A stretch of 64,000 bases of DNA from Octopus sinensis (GCF_006345805.1 NC_042998.1:181722001-181786000), one strand, 5' to 3'. Counted from the first letter of the stretch, positions 12,477 through 25,976 are shown. Program-made: numbers and translations. Notes: a model not told the origin generated them from the sequence alone.

Positions 12477-12509
12477 ATGACAATTGAACAATCTCAGGCC
12501 ACTATATGG
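12477..12509 (+). CDS. Candidate first coding segment of CREBRF (MTIEQSQATIW) within exon 12316-12509, unconfirmed
   Basis: Strong acceptor TTTTTTTTCAG|A at 12315/6 and donor TGG|GTAAGT at 12509/10. ATG at 12477 has an upstream in-frame stop at 12363. Phase 0 matches exon 34349. Confidence 0.45.
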
Positions 12510-12869
12510 GTAAGTATTATCTTTTTCAAGTCCTATTGATAGTTGAAGTTATTTTTACTTTTGTGTAAAGATGATAAATTGAAAATGATTATCCCATTTC
12601 AAGTTTATAGTTTTATTATCAGGAAATTTTCAGCTTGAAATGATGTCCAGTTAAGTTTATATATATATATATGATGTGCAATGTCCTGCCACCATTACCA
12701 CAAAAAAAAACCCTGCTTATCTTTCAAATTTAATTCATTATAAGCATTTAAAGATGTGTTCTTAGTCAAAATTAATAAGAAAATCAAAACAATTTCATTG
12801 TTACATTAAATAAAAACAGCTGTTAATTTCTTAATATCAAGCAGAAAATTTAAGATAGAAAATTAGTAA

Positions 12870-12917
<48 letters not shown>

Positions 12918-12970
12918 CATCATTGTTTTAACATTCATTTTTCCATGCTCGCATGGGCTGTACATGTGTG

Positions 12971-13022
<52 letters not shown>

Positions 13023-13772
13023 TTTATTTATTTTATTGTGCACATTACTTAATCATTGGTATATGTTTTATCTTATATTTAATCTTTCTATACGATGTAA
13101 TTTTTCTAAATGGTATAATTTAAATTTGTTATTATTAAATTGTTAAAAAGGTGGGTTTTTTTCAAATTTATATATATATTATATTTTGTGAAATTTGATT
13201 TAGTATTTCTAAATTGAATTTTTCCCTGTAAGTTTGGAATAATATTCCCTCATATTATATATATATATAAAATTTGTTTTCACAAAGCAAAGGTTGATAG
13301 TGACTTCAAAGTTTCATTGTATACTGGCTTTGTCAGACAGTCTGATAAAAGCAGTCAGTGGTAAAAGTTCAGTCACTGTAAATCTTTTCCATATAGCTGT
13401 GTGTTGAAAAGGTTGACAGTAACTGTGAAGTTTTGCCATTATAGACAAATTAAAAGCATGCACCATCATTAAACACAGGAAAATAAACACTATGCCTCAA
13501 ATATATACCCAATGAAGAAGAAGAAATATAACAACCAATCTGTAAACTCAAGATATAAGCCAATGAACAAATTGTGACATGAGATTGCTCCCACACCAAC
13601 AAGTATAACTATACCACCAAAACTAAATTGTAACAGTTTTTACCTGAAGATTGCTGTAGCATGAAACTCAAGATGCAAGATAAATAATATTCAGTTTCAA
13701 TAAACCATACACTTTACAGCATGTATTGAGCACTCTTATTTCATTCTTCAATATTCATATATATATATATAT

Positions 13773-13826
<54 letters not shown>

Positions 13827-13850
13827 AACTTACAAGCATGTGTTTAGTAA

Positions 13851-13892
13851 TCTCTGATGAAGCAATAAAAAATGCTGAAACCAGTTAGAGAT
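13851..13892 (+). ncRNA. Minimal hammerhead-ribozyme-like motif (Penelope-type remnant)
   Basis: CTGATGA (13854-60), stem II AGCA/TGCT, GAAAC-CA-GTT, short TCT/AGA stem I. Confidence 0.45.
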
Positions 13893-16519
13893 AAAACTAC
13901 ATGATTTAATTAGTGTCTACATTTCACAGTGTTTTAAGTAAAACAAACACACACACACATACACAAACACCTGCAAACCTACCATACATCACTTTTTATC
14001 AAAAAATCTCCATGTAGCACTTTTATTAATTTATCTGTTGATAGTACTTGCAAATGAGTGCAAACCAAGTCTGTGTATACTATAAGTAGCAATTAGCCAC
14101 TTTTCTCTCTGTGGTCAAGAAAATGAGTAACTGATTTCTGATGAAGCAGTAAAAATACCAAAACTAGTGACGTTGATCTTATTTTCTAGACCACACAGAG
14201 AAAAAAACATATGAACAGTGAGGATAAGAATGTTTTACTTAAAATGCTTGCTCATAAGTTTATCTTACATCTCTGTTTATCCTTATACCATGTTGGGCTT
14301 CTATTGGTTAATATGTGTCATCAGCATTTAATATCTGCTTTCCATGCTGGCATGAGTTGAATGGATAATTACAGTCTAAGTCATTTCCAGTTAGGAGCTG
14401 CTCCCACATCTCTAGCAGCTCTCGTTGATACGTGCTTATAGCTATCATCCGGCTTGGTTTCTATGACCAGATGTCATTCCTGTTACTGACCACTTTACAG
14501 AAAGTGGAAATTTTCTCATGATACCAACATTAGAAAGATTGATATAGGCTGTCAGCATAACAGGACCGAAGAGACCTCGTTTTTTTTTTTTTTTTTTGTC
14601 CTTTCATGAAGTTCCTGCTTCCTGATTTCTTATGAAGACTTCCTATTCTGATTATTAAATTTGATATTATGAACAAGAGTAGTTATAAGAAAGAGAGTAA
14701 GGAAGGGAGGGAAGGAGAGAAAGGAAAAGAAATGAAAACAAGGAAGCAACTTGAAGATGGAGTGTCAAGCTAATTGGAAGTTGATATGTTTTCAATAATG
14801 CCATTGTTTGGATTTACATTATCATGGACATATTTTTTCATATCTAGGGTTAATGTTTTATCTTTCATGAAGAACCTTTTCTAAATATTTGTTGTTCATT
14901 CATTAGTATATTGTGGGAGTGGATAAGAGAACACATTCACTTGTTTGAAAAAAATGAATATAATATAACTACCACTGCAATCATTACTCTCTATTTCATC
15001 ATCCTAGGAAAGGAACCTCTACATGGTGACTTGACATGCTATAAATAGCTGCTCTGATATATATATATATCAGAGCATACCATCTCAAAAATGGAAGGAC
15101 ATATTGAATCAAGTAGCTATCTTATGCCAGAAAAAGAAAAAATAGGGTAGTTGTGACTGGAATACCTTTGACGATACATCTACATTGTACATGTAGTTGA
15201 CCTAGAGTCAAACAACAAAATCCTTCATCATCATTATTGTTATCATTATTACAATCATGAAGAGAAGTCTTAATAGTTAAGTTGAAAAAATTAGCTATTC
15301 ATCTTTAAGAGTCGTCAAGTTCATATCTTAACATTATCATATTCAACAGCTGGTCAATCGGACAACAGTAGCCGAGCAGGTAAACGTAAGAAGGGGAAGA
15401 TGAGAGGAAAAGAAAAGGAAAGAAAGCAAGAAAATAATTTGAAGACAGTGTGTCAAGCTAGTTAGATGATGATTTGTTGATTAGAAATTTTCTGTATTAT
15501 GATTGTTTTGTATCACATCATCATCATCATCATATTTTCATATCTAATTTTATGTTTTGTCTTCATTGTTTGATTTTTTTCTTTTGTATTGTCATGCTGA
15601 CATAAGTTAGATATGTCCAACTGGCACATGCTTTCATTACCTTACATCTTGCTGATGCTTCTTTTATCCTCTTAGATTAGATTTGATCATTTTTCATTAT
15701 ATAGACTATGGATGTAATACATATTCTTTAACAAAAGCCATGCATAATTGAAAGTAGAGTTTTATACTCCATGTGACATTTTATGATATCAATTATTTTG
15801 ACATGAGAGAGAAGTAGGGTTGGAAGAGGGAAGGAAAAGAGGATGGGTGATAAAATATATGTATAGATGATTATGCTATAAAAATGGGAAAATATTTTAC
15901 TAGTTTGGTTTATAGAATTGAACAAATCTGAATACTTATAATTTTCTCTAGCTAAAATAAAGAAAATCTCATTTGAATATAAAGGAAGACATGACATGTT
16001 ACCAAAAGCTTTAGTTGGAGGATTTTTATCCTCACAACAGTTTGACAACTGAAAAAGGCTAAAATTGTAATACAACAACCTTCAACTACAGAGTGAAATC
16101 TGGAGTAGAAATCCTGTAATATCACAATACTACAAACATAGCATGTTACAGTGTTTTATGCATACTGTTTTATACATACAGTGTTTTATACATACTGTTT
16201 TATGCAAAACTATATGTTGGAGATATATGAGATGAGACACATGGGATGGAGAGTCACTAAAGAGGTCACAGGATGTGTGACAAAAGATTTAAGACAAAGG
16301 ACACTAAAATAAGAATAATGTTAAAGCTGAAGTTAAGGCCAAGTATCTAGTGCAAATGTTTAATTGGCAAAAATATGACCAGCCCCAAATATAACAACAT
16401 ACTCTATGAGTTTATTAATTATCTATCTGTCTATTAATGTCTCCTTTTTTCAAGAATAGCTTGATGTATTGGTAAAAAAGTCAAAGGTATTGGAGAGCAT
16501 ATAAAGTTGTAGTTGAGAA

Positions 16520-17269
16520 AAAGTTAGCTGACATGGAGGACTAGAAGCCATCTGACTATTGGGAAAGGGTGACCTGTATCAGGATTTGTGCTGGGTATCA
16601 AAATGCCAAGATCATGACTGCTGCTTAATGCTCTGTGAACACTGTGAAGACTGTAAGACATGACATGGACAGCTGTAACAGAGACTACAAAGCCATGGTC
16701 AGCAAGAAGGAACTCAGCAGGCATTCTGATTGCATTTGCACATCAGAATTCAACCCCACGTCTTTGAACAGATCCTTAGGCTGAAGCTACTGAAGACTGC
16801 GGTCAATCTCTGACTGGAAAGGATTGCTGCTGAAAGACCATATATATGGCAACAGGATTTGGCTTCTTATCATACCTCTGGAAAGAGTCAGAAGTGATTG
16901 TTGACAAATTTATTTGATTTCACCAACCTCAATTTCTGGCTTCTTAATTTCTTTGATTGCAATCCCATGGATTACTTTGTGTGGGGCATGGTTGAGAAAT
17001 ACACCAGCTGCTCAGTTTGCAACACCAAAGCTGAGGTGATGGTCAAGATCAAGGAAGTGTTCAAAGATCTTCCCAGAAACACGAGGAACATATGTGTCAG
17101 GTTCCAGAGCTGCTTTGAGGCTGTAGTACAAGCTGTGAGCAGCTACTTTGAGTAATCTCCCAGCCATAGTCTAGTTGATATTTTTTGATTTTTTAAAATA
17201 CCTTTATTTTTTTTATTGGATATTGTGTTTTCTTTTATGCAAACTGTCAAATTTAGCCTGAACACCCTG
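16520..17269 (+). mobile_element. Internally deleted maT/DD37D Tc1-mariner transposon remnant
   Basis: N-terminal GYQNAKIMTAA.CSVNTVKTVRH, then YIWQQD...FWLLNFFDCNPMDYFVWGMVEK with 37 residues between the second and third D, and C-terminal YFE*. Right end is AACACCCTG|TA. Confidence 0.85.
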
Positions 17270-17344
17270 TATATTTATATTATTAGTTATGGCATATCTG
17301 CTCTATTTATGTTTTAGAGTGTACTTTTTTTTCTGACTTATGGA

Positions 17345-18510
17345 TGTTTTATTTTTCATGGCACTAGCCATGTGGTTACTTGTAACTTAAGATACTAAAG
17401 AGCCAGTCTTCTCTTGACCCTTGCTTTCTCTTGCCAAGTGGACCATGACCACCCTCTTCAAATGGATGCTCTTCTTTCTATTGTTTTAAGTAGTAGCTTT
17501 GCAAATCTGAGTGGTTCACTTCATAGGTGGTCAGCCATAAGGTCCAGGGTTTGGGCAGTCATAGTGGAATGCTAGCTCTACATAGTTAAACTATGTAGTC
17601 GTTGTAGCCTTTATAGTACATGATTGAACCATCCCAGTATCTTCCTTTTAATTACCTCAGAAGTGATGTGTACATCTTCAGATTTTGGATCTACATTGCA
17701 TTTGAGGAAACAATGGTGTATTGTCTAATATCAAGTCACTGACTGATGCCCTGCCTTTTCCAGATTATGTTTTTTTAGTCATCCAGTGATGCTTATGTGA
17801 CTAATTTAATTTTTTTTTTGTGTGTGTGTGTGTGTTTTCTTGTTTATCTGGCACTCCCCTGCCAAGGAACAAATTCTGTGATAGGTTCTACTTTAGAACC
17901 ATTTAATGTGATCACGTCTGGACTAGATAACATGATCGTTTATTTTACACCATTGATATCTACACATTATTTTTTATATGCTTCTCTACCTGTTTAGTGG
18001 ATATTTTCAATTTATCAGAATCATGGATTGTGTTCTCAGCATATCTAATATCAATGGAAAGAATGTCAGTGAGTGCCAAATTTTTATCTAAGTTTTTAAG
18101 TTATCTCATGAAATATTTTAAGATATTAAAAAGTTGAAGGATAGAATGCAACCTTGTCTCAGACCCATGTGGGCTCCAAATCAATCCATTAGATGACTAT
18201 TCTTGTCAATTCAGTATTGTTGCATTGTCTTTATACTTCACACCATCTGGAGGTCTGCACCTTTTGCTGTCATAATCGTCCACTTAGCCTTTCTCCAAAT
18301 CATATTGAAAGCAGCTTTAAAGTTGATGAAGTTAAAGTATACACTCTTGATGTTATTTTCAGTTATCTATCTGACCATAAAAGTAGCATCAACTATTTTT
18401 CTCCAACCTTTTAAACTAATCTCTGTATTACACTTCTTTTGTTTTACTTTTCATTGTGAAGGAAAATGCTTTATTGATAAGAATGAAATAACTGTGCAGT
18501 TTTCAAGTTT
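17345..18510 (-). mobile_element. Degenerate LINE reverse transcriptase fragment
   Basis: Minus-strand translation gives FINFKAAFNMIWRK, GLRQGCIL and DIRYAENT (degenerate YADD), with many stops. Confidence 0.75.
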
Positions 18511-18536
18511 TTACTTGTAAACTTATATATATATAA

Positions 18537-19013
18537 CATCATCATCATTTAACGTCCGTTTTCTATGCTAGCATGGGTTGGACAGTTCGACCAGGGTCTG
18601 GTAAGCCATGGAGGCTGCACCAGGCTCTAGTCTGATTTGGCAGTGTTTCTGCAGCTGGATGCCCTTCCTAACACCAACCACTCTGTGAGTGTAGTGGGTG
18701 TTTTTTATGTGCCACCTGCACAGGGGCCAGAACAGGCTGGCAAATGACCACAATCGGTTGGTGCTTTTACATGTCACCAAACGGACGCCAGTCAGGCGGC
18801 GCTGGCATCTGCCACGTTCGGACGGTGCTTTTTACGTGTCACCAGCATGGGTGTCTTAACTACAATTTCCATTTGAATTTTTATTTTTGATGTTGATGTA
18901 CTTGACTCAATAGGTCTCCTCAAGAACAGCAGGTCACTCTACGATCCAAGGTTAGCATAGCAGGCCATCCTGCGAGCCATGAACTCACTTCATTTGTCGG
19001 ATCTTCGAAGTCA

Positions 19014-19020
<7 letters not shown>
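18537..19020 (-). mobile_element. RTE-tailed repeat with a second type of 5' module
   Basis: Same tail and internal units as 6139-6710, but a different 5' segment that shares only a GACCT(G/A)TTGAG(G/T)CAAGT motif. Confidence 0.85.
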
Positions 19021-19077
<57 letters not shown>

Positions 19078-19109
19078 CTTCCAACATACAACAGTCTTTT
19101 GATGTCATT

Positions 19110-19310
19110 TCTATTTCCAGTTTTGGGAGAGGAGGCTAATCAATTACATCAACCCCAGTTTTCAGTTGGTACTTACTTATCTTATTGAGTTTGAAAGGAT
19201 GAAAAGGCAAAGTTAACCTTGACAGAAGTGGAATTCAGAACATAAAGATATAACAAATGTTATTTAGCATTTTGTCAAGTGTGCTAACAATTCTTTCAGT
19301 TCACCACCTT
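19110..19310 (-). mobile_element. SINE, family 2 (GCCTTTCATCC...AAGTACC core)
   Basis: Reverse complement matches the 30713-30930 SINE (AGGATGAAAAGGCAAAGTTAACC, GAATTCAGAAC on +). Confidence 0.65.
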
Positions 19311-19393
19311 TCTATTTCCAAACTATATTGAGTATTATGTGGAACACTAACCATGTACTCCCAGCCTGCTTTTTTACATGTGCACACATGCAC

Positions 19394-19432
<39 letters not shown>

Positions 19433-20049
19433 GTTGTCCCTCAGCTTACATGGTAGATCATTTTCATGAGTCACCTTGAAAATTGAAATTGTGTAAAATG
19501 AGGGAGATTTGTTCATAATTATATGAATTATAAAATATCAGTATAAACAAATTTTATACAATTATATTGAAATGAGGATAATAAACATGATTGCATGTGT
19601 ATCTATGTAAATTAAAACAAAGATTAGCTAAACAAAGTCACTTAGAGTGGCCTGTGGCATGAATGTGAACAACAAATTTGAATAAAGGTGTATTGACTCT
19701 TAATATCCTATTGAACATTTTTAAATCAATAGATCAGCTGTGTAATTGTTTAGCAGAAAATACCTAAAAAGGAATTTGTTTATTCAAATGCTTATAGTAT
19801 ATTTACTTGTGGTCAGATTACTATGGAAATTTGATTAAATATTCCTCCTTTAGATCATAGAATGCATAACTTCCTTTAAAACAAATATAAAAATGAGTCT
19901 ATATATCCACATTATCATATGTCCACTTTTCCAAGCTTAAAAAACTTGGGTTAATCAAACTGTAGTGTAAAACATTAAAAACACAAACAATAGGTCTTAC
20001 AGTCCAGAAACTTTACATTATTCCAAATAACTTATCAAAGAAATTTATA

Positions 20050-20592
20050 CAGGAACGGTTGTGTGGTAAGTAGCTTGCTTACCACGACATGGTTCTAGGT
20101 TCAGTCCTACTGTGTGGCACCTTGGGTAAGTGTCTTCTACTCTAGCCTCAGGCTAATGAAAGCATTGTGAGTGGATTTGGTAGATGGAAACTGAATGAAG
20201 CCTGTTGTATATATATTTATATATGTTGGCATTAGGAAGGGCATCCAGCTGTAGAAATTCTGCCAGATCAGATTGGAGTCTGGTGCAGCCATCTGGCTCA
20301 CCAGCCTCCAGTCAAATCGTCCAACCCATGCCAGCATGGAAAGTGGACGTTAAACGATGATGATGATGATGTATATGTTTGTGTGTCTGTGTTTGTCCCC
20401 CCACCCCAATATGACTTAACAACTGATGCTGGTATATTTACACCCCCCATAACTTAACGGTTTGGCAAAAGCGACTGATAGAATAAGTACTAGGCTTACA
20501 AAGAATAAGTCCTGGGGTCGATTTGTTCAACTAAAGGTGGTGCTCCAGCATGGCGGCAGTCAAATGACTGAAACAAGTAAAAGAATAAAAGA
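20050..20592 (+). mobile_element. tRNA-headed SINE, family 1, carrying a nested RTE-tailed repeat
   Basis: Head TGTGTGGTAAGTAGCTTGC...GGTTCAGTCC, core GTGAGTGGATTTGGTAGATGGAAACTG, tail GCTCCAGCATGG...AAACAAGTAAAAGAATAAAAG. Confidence 0.85.
20227..20372 (+). mobile_element. 5'-truncated RTE-tailed repeat inserted in the SINE's central microsatellite
   Basis: TTAGGAAGGGCATCCAGCTG...GCATGGAAAGTGGACGTTAAACGATGATG interrupts the SINE. TATATGTT-like sequence occurs on both sides. Confidence 0.8.
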
Positions 20593-22086
20593 ATTAGCTT
20601 ACAATGATTTATATGTGGGCGGAAATAAATATTTGTCAATGATATACTGTTGCTAAATGATATAACAGGATGTAGGTTGTCATAGAATGAAAGTGACATC
20701 TAACTGCATGAAAACTGATACAATATTCAATACAATAGTATTGAATATTGGAGTATGATGTTGTCAGGAAGTTATTACTTAAAGTAATATAAAATAACAC
20801 AAAACTATTATGTTTAATATAGCTAAAAATGCATCCAAAACTAGATTTACTCTCCAGAAATTGAACATATTTCAACCACAAACAGTTGTTGAATATCTTC
20901 AAAGCACGAGTGCACTTTACCTTTTGAGTACTGATCGTGAATCTTGTAGTGGATAGCTGCCACACTCATTCATTCTGAACTACATCTAAGCACAGAAAAC
21001 CCATGTGACCAATAGATAAACTTTCACTCACCAACATACTTAACCATAAACCAGCTTGATACGCTTCTCTCCAGCTTTTCTACTGACACTACAGAGTTCT
21101 TCCAAGGAAAACCATTGTTTTTTTTCCTCACAAATCTATTTGATTTTTCCTGCCTCTTGTCATAATCAACTCTTACATTCTCCAAATCTTGTAGTAATCA
21201 TTTCTCTCAATCTTCCTTCTTAGAGTTGTAACTCTGAAATTCTCTTCCCCCCCCCCTACCCCACCCCATGCTTTCCATTAGATATCAATTTGCAGAAGTT
21301 TAGGCTGAACATCAACCATATCAACTCCCCATCTTTTTCATAAAATGTTACTTTTTTTTTTCTTAATGGAATATTATGCCTTGAAGTGGTACAAAGTTAA
21401 AGCATCAAAATTCATATAGTTTTGAAAAGATAAAGGGTTCCTAATTAATGGATAGAACTGCAATGTCAAAGCAACAATGGTATCAGTTTGTCCATCTGTA
21501 GAATTTGTGAGCTGTTGGAGAAAAAAAATCACATTATTGTTTGTGCACCAATGAAACGGTACCCAATGTACAATAGTCTTATATAAGGTTACTATAAATT
21601 AAATATGGCATAAATATTTTAGTAACATTCTTTTTAAATGTAAGTTCCCCTTAAAGCACACCAAATTTCAAGGTTGGGATCATATATAAAAACCTGTCTT
21701 TATACTATATATTAAGCAGCTTTTGTTCTTAACTAGTAGTTACTTTATCCTGGTGAGATTAATGTACATATACATGCACATGCATGTATATAGGGACATT
21801 TATATGTATGATTGTGTGAACATATATGAGTACAATTATATTTATGAGTAACTATGCTACACAGTGTTTTACATCATGTAAAGCACATTGTAGAGTAATA
21901 TTGCAGTATAACAGTGTGTAGTCACTATTATACTAATATTGTTTTACACCACAGAATCACTTGCCTCCTGCTTGCACTATGAACACAGCTTACACAAGAG
22001 GAATTAATAATTGCTTTGTTTTCCTTTGGAAAAACTACCTCCCACTAACACTACCTTCACATACACACTGATAAACTCCCTCCTTT

Positions 22087-22332
22087 CATCATCATCGTTT
22101 AGCGTCCACTTTCCATGCTAGCATGGGTTGGACGGTTCAACTGGGGTCTGGGAAGCCAGAAGGCTGCACCAGGCCCAGTCTGATCTGGCAATGTTTCTAC
22201 AGCTGGATGCCCCTCCTAACGCCAACCACTCCGTGAGTGTAGTGGGTGCTTTTTATGTGCCACCAGCACGGAGGCCAGGCAAGGCTGGTAACGGCCACGA
22301 TCGGATGGTGCTTTTTACGTGCCACCGGCACT
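22087..22332 (-). mobile_element. RTE-tailed repeat
   Basis: (CAT)n-CGTTTAGCGTCCACTTTCCATGCTAGCATGGG... plus one internal unit. Confidence 0.85.
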
Positions 22333-23194
22333 AACCATTGTGCCTTATTCTCCCTTCCTTACACATATACCTATATTACAAACTCACACTTTACCTCTAT
22401 ATGTACATATACACTTCCCTATATATATGCGCACACTTGGCCCTAAAACACTCACACACCTTTGCACCTTATCTTCATTTGCTGGTAAAACACTATCATG
22501 ACTGTAAAACACCATTGCACTCTACTCACTCTCATTATTAATTTCACCATGCAGATTTCATTGCAAATAATACATTCATGGAGCTTGTGTCATTCCCCAC
22601 AAGTCATTCTGTCTCTGCTTGTCTTTGATGATGATCTATTGCCCAAAACATTGAACTTTGCTGTTTCTCACTTACAGCATTAAATTCATTACCTTGTATT
22701 CTTGTAGCTTTTTTCCCTCTCTCTCCAGAAATGTACTATGACTTTTCATTTCCACACACTGACACACATCACTGAATTATTACTTTTCAAATATGTATCT
22801 GGCCTTGTTTTAAGATAGTTCTGAGGTTAAAGCCTCAAGTGTAAGTGTATAAACTTGACAGCTAAATTATGCCTCATTGAGTCACATCAAGTTTGTTATA
22901 ATCAAAGGTCACCAGTCATGACGTGTAACCCAAGGCTAGATTGTATATAGCTTATGGATATTTGATCTGAGTTTGTAGATTTGATAATAGATACATGACA
23001 CCTATAAATTTCAGAAGTGTACTTGCTTAACAAGTGTGATTGTGTGACTTCCTTTTTTGACTTCTTGAGAATTACGCAAAAAGTGAATATAACCACTTTC
23101 CCTATGTTATACTCTCCACTACTACTACATTCTCATCATATTTTGCCTTCTCACATCACCTTCCCTGAAATCATCACATCCACACACACACACA

Positions 23195-23233
<39 letters not shown>

Positions 23234-23616
23234 TCTATTCTCCTTCAGTTTTAGGAGCTCTTTAGTCTTGTAAGTGGTTGACATTAGGAAGGGCATCCAA
23301 CCATAGAAAATTACATTGGAACATGAGACAATCCACCAACTCATTAGATCCTGTTAAACAAGCCAAATTATACCAGCATAGAAAAAGAAGTAGAAAGAAA
23401 AGAGATGGAATGTGAAAAGGGGGATTGACAGATTAGGGACAGAGAGAAAAAGTGAGAGAGAGAATGCAAGTTAGTCATAGCAAATCACAGTAGTGGAAAT
23501 AAAAACAAGGATTGTGCATTGCATGTAAATAAGAAAAAAAGGCACAAAATGAGAACACTAGACATGTGACACAACTGGGAATATTTCCCTTCACTCTAAG
23601 GAATATACAGTATATT

Positions 23617-25330
23617 CATCATCATTTAACAGTAGCCAATCATTTCAGTCCTTTGTCATCTCATCTGTGAGGCTCAACAATCTGAGGTTGATCTTCACTA
23701 CTTTTGTCCTACATCTCCCACACTACGTCCCACATTTCCCACAAGTTCCATTCACATTTAGCAATTAGCACTTCCTTATGCAGCTGTCCTTATCCATACA
23801 CATCACATGACCATACCAATGTGTTGTCTCTCTTGCACTAACATCTGATGCCACTTATGACCAAAATATATGTTGATAAACTCACTCCAACTTCTAGGTT
23901 ATCAATTCCTTGTCCATTGCATGGGCTTAGAGGTCACAGACATTAACAATTTCTTAAGACAAAGCTCTAAGTTTTTCTATACAGCCTCTTGCCATTTATT
24001 GCACTTTTTTTGTCATCTCCTTTGGTTTTTCATCTTCCACAGTTTCCTTCTACTTGGAGTTTTTTGATATTTCTTCACTCATCTGTTATTATCCTTTATG
24101 CTACATACCGACCCAGTCATCTCTGAATTCTCTTATAACCACTAATATTATGCATCTAATGGAGTATGCTTACTTCATTTCTCTCTTGTTTTCACACATC
24201 CTCTGCATTCACTGCCTACATCTCACTTGTATACAGCACAGCACTTTGTATATAAGCTACTCATAATTTACTCTTTATTCAAAGAGAGAACTCTTCGTTA
24301 CCAGCAGAGGTAATATTTCCATGAACTTTTTCCATCATGTTCTTATTCTGGCTGCCATGAGTACCTTCCTTTACATCCTATTAAGTCACCTAGGTAATAG
24401 AAGCCATCAACCACTTCTGTGGAGCCATCAGATCACTGAAAAGGATTTTACTGTTGATCTGGCTGCTAACTACTCCTGTGCATCTGCCACATGCAAAATT
24501 TGTATTCATTTCTAACTTTTCTATGATCCCTGTACACCTCTTGGACATCTATAGTTTACACTGTATACTTAGACATTTTCTGCATACTGAGCATGACTAA
24601 CTCCTGTATGGCAGCAGAGTCTTGTTTTTCTTCCTGTTTGGTTAGTCTTTGCCAAATTTATTCCAATACCTCTTGATTCTAGGTTTTGTCTCTGCATCTG
24701 GAATTTAAATCTTCCCCAGACTCCACTTTAAAAACTAGGCCATCAGCATTGAATAGCCATTTTTAAATCCCTCTTTATGCTTTAGATAACTGTAATAAAT
24801 AAGAGGCTGATAACTAAGCCTTAGTGAACACCTATCTGCATACTAAATTCCTCACTAAACTCATTGCCAACTCTCACTTTACTGACTGTATCCCTGTGCA
24901 TGGCTCGTACTGCTCTCAGAAGCTATTCATCTACACCCAGTTTTCTTAAAGACCACCTGACAACAGATCTTGGTATCCTATCAACGACTTTTACTAGGTC
25001 AAAAGATGCAAAGTACAGAGCACACTCTTAGTAAGAAATCTCTCTTGCCATTGTTTGACTATGAAGTGTGCCTCTATACCTGCTGCTTTCCCAGCTTTCA
25101 TACATTTAATGGTCATTTTGTCCACTTCAGCTGCTGGTCCCTCTGTTGGGTGTACTTGTAGTTACTCTTAGTTCCACTTGCAGCAGCCTCTCATAACATT
25201 TCCAAACCACTTTCTCTTCATATATACACATTTAGCAATTTTCTTTCCTTATAGACTATTTCAAGTTACCATTCATTTTGTTCTTTTCCTTAATAAAGAA
25301 AAATCATTTCAGCTTCTCATTTGCCAATCT
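23617..25330 (-). mobile_element. Degenerate RTE-clade LINE, RT to 3' end
   Basis: Minus translation resembles FIVKQWQERFLTK, DRIPRSVVRWSLRKLGVDE.LLRAVRAMH, GNEFSEEF and GIRC...WYGHVMCMDKDSCIRKC. It ends GTTAAATGATGATGA. Confidence 0.85.
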
Positions 25331-25371
25331 GTCCATTTTAATGTTTCCTTTCAGTGTTCATATATATATAT

Positions 25372-25522
25372 CATCATCATCATCGTTTAACGTCCGTTTT
25401 CCGCGCTAGCATGGGTTGGGCGGTCTGACCGGGGTCTGGGAACCCAGGGGCTGCACCAGGCTCCAGTCTGATCTGGCAGTGTTTCTACAGCTGGATGCCC
25501 TTCCTAACGCCAACCACTCCGC
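25372..25522 (-). mobile_element. RTE-tailed repeat, 3' part
   Basis: (CAT)n-CGTTTAACGTCCGTTTTCCGCGCTAGCATGGG...CTTCCTAACGCCAACCACTCC. Confidence 0.85.
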
Positions 25523-25906
25523 AAACACACACACACACACACACACATACACATATATACATACATACATATTTCCATCTTTCAATAGTGACCCAGTCAG
25601 TACTTATTTACAATTACTGTCCTCTTGGATGGTTTGGAGATACATCTCACTTAAACACTATTCTTGGTATGATTACTATGGATGGATTCTCGTCCTTAGA
25701 CTAACCACATTACAGAGTGTACTTGATGCATTCTATTATAACACCGACCAGCATTAGAATGCTTGCCTTGTCCTTGGCATGATTAAAGATCCTCTCCAAT
25801 CTTAGATATTTTTGAAAAACAGTTCTTTCATAATTACATATTCCACACATACTAAAGTTCCCAATAACACAAATATTTCAGTTTTATATATATGTGTATA
25901 AAACAA

Positions 25907-25938
<32 letters not shown>

Positions 25939-25976
25939 CATGAATATATGTATAGATGTATATGTATGTATAGATG

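Noticed and set aside
13644-13680. Additional hammerhead-like fragments (also about 44131 on +, and about 27590-27625 and 31760 on minus)
   Set aside because: The CUGANGA core is missing or the stems are broken, so they are treated as decayed Penelope-type remnants.
15728-16078. 116-aa minus ORF, and the 109-aa ORF at 20636-20965
   Set aside because: Composition typical of random AT-rich intron; no domains or splice support.
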